A model generated the notes under the pieces. The model made no database searches. It was not told where the DNA came from and worked only from the letters and a program-made list of their open reading frames with translations. This document shows, piece after piece, positions 19,349 to 28,119 of a DNA stretch of 29,615 bases. Position 1 is the stretch's first letter; each line of letters begins with the position of its first letter. The stretch is from assembly GCA_031409335.1 (NCBI GenBank), contig JANNWY010000323.1:1-29615 (forward strand), given 5' to 3'. Both the position numbers and the translations under genes were made by a program. The DNA is from Chthoniobacteraceae bacterium. GTDB taxonomy: Bacteria > Verrucomicrobiota > Verrucomicrobiia > Chthoniobacterales > Chthoniobacteraceae.

Positions 19349-20248
19349 CTATTTCTTTTGCAAGGCGAGCGTCTTTTTGAGCGACTCGGCGAGTTTGCTG
19401 GCGGGGCCTTTGCCCCAGTAGTGGAGGAAGAGGTAGCGCGGCTGCTCGTGCGTCATGTGGTGGTGAATGGCGACGATGTTCACGCCTTCCGCGCGCAGGC
19501 TTTTGAGCACGGGCTGGAGTTCGTCTTCGAGCACGCAGAAGTCGCCGCAGACCACCGCGTCATCGTCGGTGCCGGCAAATGCAGCCCACGTATTCACGCC
19601 CATCTCCTTCGCCATCTCGCAGCCGCACGGCATCTTCGCCGCGCGACCGATGACGGCTTTATACATGCCGTCCTTCGCCTGTCCTTTCGCGCCGAGCGCG
19701 GTGTCGAGCGGCGCTGCGGTGATCTCGTTTTTCAAAGGCGCGAACGCTTTTCCAAAAACGCGCTGCGGCTGCGGCTGCGCGGCGCGCACGGCTTTCACGG
19801 CATCGAGCGCGGACTTCACCGCGGCGGCGAGTTTCGCCGTCTCGCCGTCGCCACCGATGTGCATGAAATACACCTTCGGCTCGTCAGCGAAGAAATGGTT
19901 GTGCAACGCGGTGACGTTCAACCCGCCGTCGAGCGCGGCGGACATCGCGGCATTCACCTCGTCCTCGAACAGCACCAGGTCGCCCGCGACCATCACCTCG
20001 GCCTTCACGCCCGGCGCGAACGCAGCCCAAGTCGTGAGGCCCATGAATGGCGGCATCGTCCAGCCATCCACGGCGATTTTCAGGTCAGTGCGCGGCGCGG
20101 TGACTTTGAAAACTTTCTCGGCTTCGTTCAGCGTGCCTTTCAACCCGGTCAGCGTTTCGATCTTTGCGGTGTCGAGCGGCGCGGCAATCGCGCAGGCGGC
20201 GGTGAACAGGAGGGAGAAGATGCCGCGGAGAGAAACAGCCGATTTCAT
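19349..20248 (-). CDS. DUF1259/DUF1529 (LppY/LpqO-like) two-domain secreted protein
   Basis: Duplicated WAAF...GD..L.EDE...ALHNH/AIHHH...YFMH/LFLH motifs; signal peptide from ATG 20248. Confidence 0.85.
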   Translation of the reverse strand: MKSAVSLRGIFSLLFTAACAIAAPLDTAKIETLTGLKGTLNEAEKVFKVTAPRTDLKIAVDGWTMPPFMGLTTWAAFAPGVKAEVMVAGDLVLFEDEVNAAMSAALDGGLNVTALHNHFFADEPKVYFMHIGGDGETAKLAAAVKSALDAVKAVRAAQPQPQRVFGKAFAPLKNEITAAPLDTALGAKGQAKDGMYKAVIGRAAKMPCGCEMAKEMGVNTWAAFAGTDDDAVVCGDFCVLEDELQPVLKSLRAEGVNIVAIHHHMTHEQPRYLFLHYWGKGPASKLAESLKKTLALQKK

Positions 20249-20317
20249 CTCGGCGAGGATACTGCCGTGGAAAAAGCTCACGCAAGGCGAAAGAGGTATT
20301 TGGAAACGGAAGAAAAC

Positions 20318-20485
20318 ATGAACGCTGGCTGCTATCTTCTACCAACTCGCGACCGACCGCTCGGCAGCGCGGCTGCGACTCTGGCGGCATCTGCGGCGCG
20401 CAGGCACAGTGCCTTTCAAAAGCTCGACCGACCTGCTGCTCCGATGCGCCGGAGCACGACGAACGGATGAAGTGGATCATCCAGC
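20318..20485 (+). pseudogene. Frameshifted, truncated ChrB N-terminal-like (chromate resistance regulator) remnant
   Basis: Joining frames gives M-RWL / IFYQLATDRSAARLRLWRHLRRAGTVPFKSSTDLL / DAPEHDERMKWIIQ, resembling ChrB N-termini; recognised from memory only. Confidence 0.55.
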
Positions 20486-20580
20486 AGGCGCACGCCATCC
20501 GCGGCGTGATCAAGGGCCAGACCGGCGAGATGACGGTGGACGAAGTGCAGAAAGTCCACGCGGAATCCGCGAACCAGTAA
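20486..20580 (+). pseudogene. nirK: Orphan copy of nirK 3' end with an internal 117-bp in-frame deletion
   Basis: 20486-20538 matches 12172-12224 (2 mismatches); 20539-20580 matches 12342-12383 (3 mismatches). Confidence 0.92.
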
Positions 20581-20691
20581 CGCGCAGGGTCGGGATGCGG
20601 GCGCAGCCTGTCACGCTGCGGAGCAATTCTTTTACAATCGCCGCATACGCGTGTGACATGCCATGGCGCTGGTTGCCGCACGATTTGCCTC

Positions 20692-21126
20692 ATGAAACTT
20701 CTCATTGCATCGCTCCTCGCACTTCTTCTCGTGGCAACGACTCGCGCAGCGTCCGATGCCGACTTCACCATCGTTCGCGCGGCAAAAGTCACCATCGAAG
20801 AGAACACCGTGACCATCGTTGGCGAAGCCTTCGCTTTTATCCTGCTGATCAGCGACGACCACATCCCCGAATACAAGGGACAGCAATGGCACGGGATGCC
20901 TGTCACCCGCGTGAAAGTCCGCACCGACAACAACGTCACCCTCATCATCAAGCGCCCTGCTCAAGGCCCGGACGAAGGCTGGCAAATGACGCTCAAGGCT
21001 GCCAAAGACTTGCAGGACGGCAAGGAAGTCGGACGCATCGGCTACTACGCACCCGACATGACCATCAAAGGCAATGTGATCGCATCGGTTTCCGGGGCGG
21101 GATTCCTCTATCCGAAGGGTAAGTGA
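20692..21126 (+). CDS. Hypothetical secreted protein
   Basis: Clear signal peptide MKLLIASLLALLLVATTRA; host-like codon usage. Confidence 0.7.
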   Translation: MKLLIASLLALLLVATTRAASDADFTIVRAAKVTIEENTVTIVGEAFAFILLISDDHIPEYKGQQWHGMPVTRVKVRTDNNVTLIIKRPAQGPDEGWQMTLKAAKDLQDGKEVGRIGYYAPDMTIKGNVIASVSGAGFLYPKGK

Positions 21127-21235
21127 AGGCTGCTGCGCGCGGGAATACTCGCGCCGCGATTCGGCACGCTCTGAGGACGAAACAAACCCACCCGCAGGAG
21201 AGTTTGCCGATCGGGTGCGGAATTCGCGCGGGAAA

Positions 21236-21249
21236 TTGACCCGTGTCAA
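21236..21249. promoter_or_regulatory. FNR/DNR-type box TTGACccgtGTCAA, with -10-like TAAAGT at 21272-21277
   Basis: Palindromic TTGAC-N4-GTCAA centred 42.5 bp upstream of the porin ATG. Confidence 0.75.
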
Positions 21250-21284
21250 AGCGGTGCGCGTGCTGGAAGTGTAAAGTGAATTTC

Positions 21285-22766
21285 ATGAATCGCGAACGCA
21301 TCTCCACCAGCACCCTCCTCGCGACGGCTTTGCTCGTCGCGTCGGCAGCGCAATCCGTCGCGGGTGAATCTGCCTTGCACTCGTCCCCGGTCTCCGCGCC
21401 AAGCGCCGAACGCAATCCGCTGTCGTTCTTCGATGGCGCGCTCGTGTTTGATTTTGAAGAGCGGTTTCGCTGGGAAATCCGCGAGAACAACTTCGACTTC
21501 AACGACTCGGTGAATGCGTTGACGGACGACAATTGGTTTCTCCAGCGGATGCGTTTCGGCATGACGGTGAAGCCCGCGCCGTGGCTGAAGCTTTACGTGC
21601 AGGCGCAGGACTCGCGGGAGATCAACTCCGACCGTCCCGACTTTCCGGGCGCGCTCGGGGCGGAGGGCGATGATGCTTTTGATCTGCGTCAGGCCTGGGT
21701 CGAGTTTGGCAATGCGAAGGATTTTCCGCTCACGCTAAAAGTCGGTCGGCAAGTGTTGAGCTACGGCGATGAGCGGGTGATCGGCGCGTTCGATTGGAAC
21801 AATATTGGCCGCACTTTCGACGCGGTGAAGTTGCGCTGGGAGGAGAAAGCCTGGTGGCTCGATGCCTTTGCCAGCAGCGTGGTCGTGACGGAGCGCGGGA
21901 GTTACAATCAGAGCGATTTCTTCAACGGCAACGAAACCGACCGGCAGCAGATTTTCAGCGGCCTCTATTTCTCCACGACCGCGATCGGGCCGCAAACCAC
22001 CGATCTTTACGTGCTGCACTTGCACGAAAATGCGAACCCGCGCTACCAGCAGAATCCGTTTGGCGATACGAACTTTTTCACCCTCGGCACGCGGATGAAA
22101 TCGAAGCCGGGCGCGTTTGCGAAGCAGGACGCCGCGGGCCTGAGCAAGGACGGCAAGACCGTGGTGGAAGCGAAGCCGCCGCGACCGGTGGGCTTTGATT
22201 ACGAGGGTGAATTTGCCTTCCAGACCGGCGACGTGCGCGGGCTCGATCTCACAGCGTTCGCCGCGCATGTCGGCACAGGATTCACGTTCGACGCCTCGTG
22301 GCTGCCGCGGCTCGGTGCGGCCTACAGCTTTGGATCGGGCGATGGCGATCCGGCGGATCGGGATGTCGAGACGTTCCAAAATCTCTTCCCGACGAATCAC
22401 AAATTCTACGGACAGATGGATGTGTTCTCGTGGCAGAACCTGCACGATCTCGAAGTGAGCGTGAAGGCGCAACCGCTCAAGACCGTGTCCCTCAAGGCCG
22501 AGTTTCACGCCTTCTGGCTCGCGACCACCGACGACGCTTGGTACCGCGCAAATGGCACATCGCAGGTGCGAACGCTAAACGCCGCCGCGCGCAACGCGGA
22601 CCACTACGCCGGGTCGGAGGTGGATCTCACCGCGACGTGGAATGTGAACAAGCACCTGCAAGTCGAAGGCGGCTACAGCCACTTCTTTGCGGGTGATTAT
22701 CTCAGCGACACCGGCGCATCCGATGACGCGGACTTCGGCTACATTCAGGCGAAGCTCACTTTCTAA
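21285..22766 (+). CDS. Alginate export (AlgE-like) family outer-membrane beta-barrel
   Basis: Signal peptide, LKVGRQVLSYGDERVIGAFDWNN, FQNLFPTNHKFYGQMD, C-terminal YIQAKLTF. Confidence 0.85.
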   Translation: MNRERISTSTLLATALLVASAAQSVAGESALHSSPVSAPSAERNPLSFFDGALVFDFEERFRWEIRENNFDFNDSVNALTDDNWFLQRMRFGMTVKPAPWLKLYVQAQDSREINSDRPDFPGALGAEGDDAFDLRQAWVEFGNAKDFPLTLKVGRQVLSYGDERVIGAFDWNNIGRTFDAVKLRWEEKAWWLDAFASSVVVTERGSYNQSDFFNGNETDRQQIFSGLYFSTTAIGPQTTDLYVLHLHENANPRYQQNPFGDTNFFTLGTRMKSKPGAFAKQDAAGLSKDGKTVVEAKPPRPVGFDYEGEFAFQTGDVRGLDLTAFAAHVGTGFTFDASWLPRLGAAYSFGSGDGDPADRDVETFQNLFPTNHKFYGQMDVFSWQNLHDLEVSVKAQPLKTVSLKAEFHAFWLATTDDAWYRANGTSQVRTLNAAARNADHYAGSEVDLTATWNVNKHLQVEGGYSHFFAGDYLSDTGASDDADFGYIQAKLTF

Positions 22767-22770
22767 ACGC

Positions 22771-23553
22771 ATGAGAATTTCGCCCGGCCAACTGCTCACG
22801 ATCGCGGTTCTGTTCGTCGCCACGCCGTGCCCGGCGGGTGCTGGCAGCGATGGCATGGCGATGATTCCCGCGACTCAATACCGCCCGCTCTTTCGCGGAG
22901 AAACGGACGCGAAGGAAATTCCAATCGCCGCTTTTCAACTCGACGTTCGGCCTGTCACGAACGGTGAGTTTCTCGCCTTCGTCCGCGAGAATCCGAAGTG
23001 GCGGCGCTCGCAGGTGAAGCGGCTTTTTGCCGATGAACGCTACCTCGCGCATTGGGCGGGCGACCTCGATCTCGGCAATGCGCGCGCGGAGCAGCCGGTC
23101 ACGCAGGTCTCATGGTTCGCGGCGAAAGCGTTCGCGTCCTCGCGCGGGAAGCGGTTGCCGACCACGGCGGAGTGGGAAGTCGCCGCGGGCGCGGGTTTCA
23201 CCGAACGCGATGGCGCGAAGGACGCGGAGTTTCAAGCCGGGCTGGCGCGCTGGTATTCAACTCCTTCGCCCGCCGTATTGCCAGACGCGGGCGGCGGGCG
23301 CGCGAATGTTTTCGGCGTGTGCGATCTGCACGGTCTGGTGTGGGAATGGACCAGCGATTTCAACAGCGCGATGGTCACCGGCGACGCGCGCGGCGACAGC
23401 GGATTGGAGCGTCAGCTTTTCTGCGGAGCGGGTTCGGTTGGTGCGAAAGACACCGGGAATTTTGCGGCCTTCATGCGCTTCGGTTTCCGCAGCAGCCTGC
23501 GCGCAGGCTACACCGTCCACAACCTCGGTTTCCGCTGCGCGAAAAATCCATGA
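22771..23553 (+). CDS. Formylglycine-generating-enzyme (FGE-sulfatase) domain protein, NirV-like
   Basis: PVTNGEF, PVTQVSWFAAKAF, RLPTTAEWE, DLHGLVWEW, NLGFRCA. Confidence 0.88.
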   Translation: MRISPGQLLTIAVLFVATPCPAGAGSDGMAMIPATQYRPLFRGETDAKEIPIAAFQLDVRPVTNGEFLAFVRENPKWRRSQVKRLFADERYLAHWAGDLDLGNARAEQPVTQVSWFAAKAFASSRGKRLPTTAEWEVAAGAGFTERDGAKDAEFQAGLARWYSTPSPAVLPDAGGGRANVFGVCDLHGLVWEWTSDFNSAMVTGDARGDSGLERQLFCGAGSVGAKDTGNFAAFMRFGFRSSLRAGYTVHNLGFRCAKNP

Positions 23554-24161
23554 AAACGCTCCTCGCACTCCTGCTGCCATGCGCGCTGCTCGCCGCCGAG
23601 CCACTCCCACCGTGCTGCCGCCCCGCGCTTCCCGCAGGCAAACCCACGGACACTTCGCTCTACTTGCTCGACTCGAAGTGGACTTCCGATGTCGGCCGCG
23701 AAATCAAACTCGGCGCTCTGCGCGGACGTCCGCAGATCGTGGCGATGTTTTTCACCCACTGCGAATACGCCTGCCCGATCCTCGTCAGCGAACTCAAGAC
23801 GATCGAAAGCAAGCTGCCGCCCGCAGTCCTCGGCAAGGTGGATTTCCTGCTCGTGAGCATCGACTCGAAACGCGACACGCCCGCCGAACTCGCGGCCTTC
23901 CGCGAAAAACGCCAGCTCGCCCGCGAACGCTGGACGCTGCTGCGCGGCGAGGCCGACGACGCGCGCGAACTCGCCGCGCTCCTCGGCGTGAACTACACCG
24001 AGGACGCGCGCGGGCAATTCGCCCACACCAATCTCATCACGGTGCTCAATGCCGAAGGCGAAATCGCCTTCCAGCACGCGGGCTTGAAACAAGACGCTGC
24101 ACCGCTCATCGCCGCGATCGAGAAAGCGGCGGGCGGCGCGCAACGCCCCGCGAATCCATGA
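23550..24161 (+). CDS. SCO1/SenC family copper chaperone
   Basis: FFTHCEYACP (CxxxC), VSIDSKRDTP, conserved His in FAHT; ATGA overlap with the upstream gene. Confidence 0.9.
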   Translation: MKTLLALLLPCALLAAEPLPPCCRPALPAGKPTDTSLYLLDSKWTSDVGREIKLGALRGRPQIVAMFFTHCEYACPILVSELKTIESKLPPAVLGKVDFLLVSIDSKRDTPAELAAFREKRQLARERWTLLRGEADDARELAALLGVNYTEDARGQFAHTNLITVLNAEGEIAFQHAGLKQDAAPLIAAIEKAAGGAQRPANP

Positions 24162-24255
24162 ACACGACACCCAGCCCGGTATGTCGGAAAGTCGGCTTCA
24201 AAGTGGTCGATAGTAGATCAAGAAACGATCCGTAAAATCCTGCGCTGAGGGGCGG

Positions 24256-26619
24256 TCAATTGTCCAACTGGCTATTGCCGCGTCGCAGCCGGAAAGGGTC
24301 GCTCTTCGCGATCGCCGCCACGAGCGCGGAAAACTTGTAGCCGCCTTTCGCCGTTTCCATCCGGATCTTTTCCACCGCCCGATCGTCGTAGTATTCCAAC
24401 CCGCGACCGATCGCGTAGATCAGCATCTTTTCCGCGAGGCAGCGCGTGAACGCCTCCTTCTCGTCAGCCAGCATTTTCTTCAAGTCCGCGAGGCTCTTCA
24501 GTTCCGTGCCGTTCGACAATTTCCCGCCGACTTCCACTGGCTGCCCCAGCTCGTTCTTTTCGCGCCACTGGCCGATGCCGTTGAAGTTTTCCAGCGCGAA
24601 TCCCATCGTGTCCATCTTCGCGTGGCAGTTCGCGCATTTCGGATCGGCGCGATGTTGTTCGAGCCGTTGGCGGAAAGTACCAGTCAGTTCCTTGCGGCTT
24701 TCATCGTCGAGACTCGGCACGACGGGCGGCGGCGCGGGCGGCGGGTCGCCGAGCAGTTGCTCCAGGATCCATTTGCCGCGCTTCACCGGCGAAGTCCGCG
24801 TGGGATTCGACGTGACGGTGAGAATGCTCGCGTGCGTGAGCAGACCGCCGCGATCGGTGCCCTTCAACGACACCCGCCGGAAGTCGTCGCCCTTGTATCC
24901 GCCTTCCGGCCAGACGTTGTAAATCTCGCCCAATCGCCGGTCGAGATACGTGAAATCCGCGTCGAGCAAATCGAGCACGCTGCGGTCTTCGCGGATGATC
25001 TCCGCAAAAAACATCCGCGTCTCCTTCATCATCGACGCCTGCAAATTTGGCCGCCACTTATCGAACGCTTTCATGTCGGCCTCGTGCGCGGCGAGGCGGC
25101 GGAGTTGCAGCCACTGCATCGCGAAATTATCCACCAGCATTTCCGCGCGTTTGTCCTTCAGCATCCGCTTGATTTGCGCGTCGAGATTCGCCGTCAGCTT
25201 GTTGGAAAGCGCGTAGCTCAGCAGTTCGTCATCGGGGCACGTGCTCCACAAAAAGTAGCTCAGCCGCGTCGCGAGTTGGAACTCATTGATCGGATGCGCG
25301 TCCGTGTTGTAAGGCATGTCGTCGATCTCCATTCGGAACAAGAATTTCGGCGACGACAACACCGCGACGAGGCACTGCCGCATCCCCACTTCCCAAGTCT
25401 CCCCGCGTTTCATCGCCGCATCCGCCAGCCGCGCCACGCGCTCGATTTCATCCGGCGCGACGACCCGGTGCCACGCGCGCGGCATGAAGTACGCGAGCAT
25501 CGTCCGCGTCTGCGTCCCGGGCGGTTTTCCCGGCGCGGCCTGCGCCCACTTTTTCAGGAAAGGTGAGCGCGCGTCCTCGGGGCCGGTGATTTCGAGCCAC
25601 TTCACCGCCAGCTTGGCGCCCGCATTCGCCGGATCGCGCACCAGCGCCAGCGCGACGCGCTCGACCCCGGCGATCCCAGCCATTTTTGCCTCGACGACCT
25701 GCGCCTTGTCCTCGCTGCGCGCGGTCACTTCCACCACTTGCAGCACGCGGCATTTCGCGACCTGCGGCACCTTGTCCGCTTCGAGTTGCGCGACGCGCTC
25801 GGGCGGTTCCGGCTTCGCGATTTTTTCTCCGGCGGCCAGCAGCGCGACGCGCACTTTCTGCCCAGGCTTCGCGTCTGCCCACACCGATGCGCTCACCTTG
25901 TAGCTCCCGTCCGGCTCCGCTTTGAATGGCGTATTGATCGGCCCGGTCCCGATCGCGTCCTTCCCCGGAGTGAAGTCGCGCCATTCCCCGCGCAGCACCA
26001 CGCTCGGTCCCGCGGGCTCGCAAAATCTTGCCGCCATCCGCCGCTTCGAAACCGTCGCCGCCTCGATCGGAATCGCCTGCTCCGCCACCGACTGGGCGGC
26101 ATCGAGATATTGCTCCATCAGCAGCGGTGAAATCGAAAGCACATCGCCGATGTTGTCGAATCCGTAACCCACGCCGTCCGTCGGAAAATTGTTCGCCGCC
26201 TGCACCTCGAAGCCGAGCAGCGCGCTGAGGGTGTTGTTGTATTCGCTGCGATTCAGCCGGCGAATCGTCACCCGACCCGGATCGGGTTTCGCCTTCAAAT
26301 CGAAGTTGGAAAAGATCGTCTTTGCTGATGCCACAAACGCATCGCGCTCCGCCTTGGTCGGCTGCGGTTTGTCCTCCGGCGGCATCTCTTCGTCCTGCAC
26401 CGCGTCGATCACATGCTTCCAGATTTTGCGCTGCTTTAAGACCGAGACATCATCGCGAAAAACGTGCAGCGAAAGATCGGCCTTTTGCTTTTTCTCCCCG
26501 TGGCAGTCGGTGCAGTACTTTTGCAGAAACGCGACACCGGTTTTCGAAAATGGCTCCTGCGCTGATGCGCGATGGGCGAGGATCAGGAAGCAGAGCGAGG
26601 CAAAAATGCGGAGCGGCAT
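24256..26619 (-). CDS. Planctomycete/Verrucomicrobia-type cytochrome c protein (DUF1587/1595/1592/1588/1585 architecture)
   Basis: CTDCH and CANCH, RRLNRSEYNNT, LSSPKFLFR, LATRLSYFLWS, TSPVKRGKWIL, GFALENFNGIG. Confidence 0.88.
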   Translation of the reverse strand: MPLRIFASLCFLILAHRASAQEPFSKTGVAFLQKYCTDCHGEKKQKADLSLHVFRDDVSVLKQRKIWKHVIDAVQDEEMPPEDKPQPTKAERDAFVASAKTIFSNFDLKAKPDPGRVTIRRLNRSEYNNTLSALLGFEVQAANNFPTDGVGYGFDNIGDVLSISPLLMEQYLDAAQSVAEQAIPIEAATVSKRRMAARFCEPAGPSVVLRGEWRDFTPGKDAIGTGPINTPFKAEPDGSYKVSASVWADAKPGQKVRVALLAAGEKIAKPEPPERVAQLEADKVPQVAKCRVLQVVEVTARSEDKAQVVEAKMAGIAGVERVALALVRDPANAGAKLAVKWLEITGPEDARSPFLKKWAQAAPGKPPGTQTRTMLAYFMPRAWHRVVAPDEIERVARLADAAMKRGETWEVGMRQCLVAVLSSPKFLFRMEIDDMPYNTDAHPINEFQLATRLSYFLWSTCPDDELLSYALSNKLTANLDAQIKRMLKDKRAEMLVDNFAMQWLQLRRLAAHEADMKAFDKWRPNLQASMMKETRMFFAEIIREDRSVLDLLDADFTYLDRRLGEIYNVWPEGGYKGDDFRRVSLKGTDRGGLLTHASILTVTSNPTRTSPVKRGKWILEQLLGDPPPAPPPVVPSLDDESRKELTGTFRQRLEQHRADPKCANCHAKMDTMGFALENFNGIGQWREKNELGQPVEVGGKLSNGTELKSLADLKKMLADEKEAFTRCLAEKMLIYAIGRGLEYYDDRAVEKIRMETAKGGYKFSALVAAIAKSDPFRLRRGNSQLDN

Positions 26620-26663
26620 GAGGCGCTCAGGATACTCGGGAAACTGCGCGCGATTAGGAAAAT

Positions 26664-28049
26664 TTACGGGCGCGCCGGAGCCAGCGCCGGGTCATCGAGA
26701 TCGAGCCGGTAGATCATCTGGTTGTAATTGTAGCGCGGCGTCGGCTGCGGGCGGTCGGCGAATTCCGCGGTGTAAGTTCCCTCGAAAATCAGGATCGGCG
26801 AATCCGGCGCGGTGAATTCGGGATGCAGCCGCGGGTTGTAAAAAGTGTAGTTGTCGTGCGTCAGGATTTTCACCGCCGCGCCCCACGGCCCGGTCGGCGC
26901 ATCCGCCTCGGCGTACCAGATTTCGCCGAATGCGGATGGCTTCCCAAAGACCTGCATGAACACCGTCACCCACCGCTTGCGAAATCGATTCCACGCGATC
27001 GAACCGCTGTGCGGTTTCACCTCCGCGCCATCGCCCGCTGCGCGCAAGCTCGCCTGCGGTTTCAGCACTTCCCAAGTCGCCAAATCCTGCCACGCCTCGA
27101 ACGTCGCAGCGCAGCGCAGCACCGGCAGCGGATTACCAAACAGCACCCACTCCTTCCCCGCGTCGTCTTTCCAAAAAGCCGGATGTCCGTCCGGCATCGG
27201 CGGCTGCTTCGGCGCGCTTTCGGATTTCGTCCACAGCACGCGGAGCTGCTCGAAATTGCGCGACTCATCATTCCAAACACACAGACCGGCCTCGTACGCC
27301 TCCAGATAGTTTTTCACTTTGATGTAACTGCCCACCAACCGTTCCGCGCCCGACTTGTCGCGCAGGTTCACATAACCCGAAACCCAAGTCGGCCCCTCGC
27401 CCGGCATCTTCGCCACCCCGCGCGGCGCACCTTTTTCGTTCCTGAAGTAATCCAGCTTCAGCCGCAGCGGCGGCTCGAAGGATGTGAGCGGCTGCACTGC
27501 GGTCGTCGCGCTGCTCATGTCGAAAATCCCCAGCGGATACCCCGGCACATTCGTATCGCCCCAAGCCCAGAAAAGCCGCCCGCCATGCACCGCACTTTGC
27601 ACGCTGTCCGACCCAAAAACGCCCGACTCCCGCCAGTCCAGTTCGCGCCCCGTTTTCTGACTCTCCGCAAACAGCCCCCCGCCGGTCAGCCGCCCCAGCC
27701 GCTTCGCAATCACGCGCCGCGTCACCTCGACTTTCAACGTCTTCCCCGGCTCCGGCGTCAGCCGCACCCCGCGATAGCCAAAGCCATCCGCCGCCACTTC
27801 ATACCCATGCCCGAAAACCGTGAACCAACCCTCGCGCCCCATCAGCTCCGGCAAATCGCACGCGATCACGCCCGCGTTGTCCGAGACCAGCCGCACCTCA
27901 TGCGTCGTCCGTAGCTCAACGAGCGGCACCGGCCAGCCGCTCCCGCGTTCCACGACTTCGATCCGGCACGGCTCCAGCGCAAAACCCGGCGCGCAGCCTG
28001 CGAACAGGATGGCGAGACAACGACTGATCTGGCGGAAGCGTGAGTGCAT
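26664..28049 (-). CDS. Hypothetical secreted protein
   Basis: 461-aa ORF with signal-like N-terminus and coding-like composition; FWAWGDT and FEGTY motifs; function unknown. Confidence 0.75.
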   Translation of the reverse strand: MHSRFRQISRCLAILFAGCAPGFALEPCRIEVVERGSGWPVPLVELRTTHEVRLVSDNAGVIACDLPELMGREGWFTVFGHGYEVAADGFGYRGVRLTPEPGKTLKVEVTRRVIAKRLGRLTGGGLFAESQKTGRELDWRESGVFGSDSVQSAVHGGRLFWAWGDTNVPGYPLGIFDMSSATTAVQPLTSFEPPLRLKLDYFRNEKGAPRGVAKMPGEGPTWVSGYVNLRDKSGAERLVGSYIKVKNYLEAYEAGLCVWNDESRNFEQLRVLWTKSESAPKQPPMPDGHPAFWKDDAGKEWVLFGNPLPVLRCAATFEAWQDLATWEVLKPQASLRAAGDGAEVKPHSGSIAWNRFRKRWVTVFMQVFGKPSAFGEIWYAEADAPTGPWGAAVKILTHDNYTFYNPRLHPEFTAPDSPILIFEGTYTAEFADRPQPTPRYNYNQMIYRLDLDDPALAPARP

Positions 28050-28119
28050 CGGGAAAAAGCGGTCACGTCATCCTGCGCCCGCGCCTTTCACAAGCAAGAC
28101 CACCGCACGCGTCCCGCAC

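Noticed and set aside
21171..21183. CTGAGGACGAAAC resembling a hammerhead ribozyme core
   Set aside because: No room for stem II between CUGANGA and GAAA, and no convincing flanking stems
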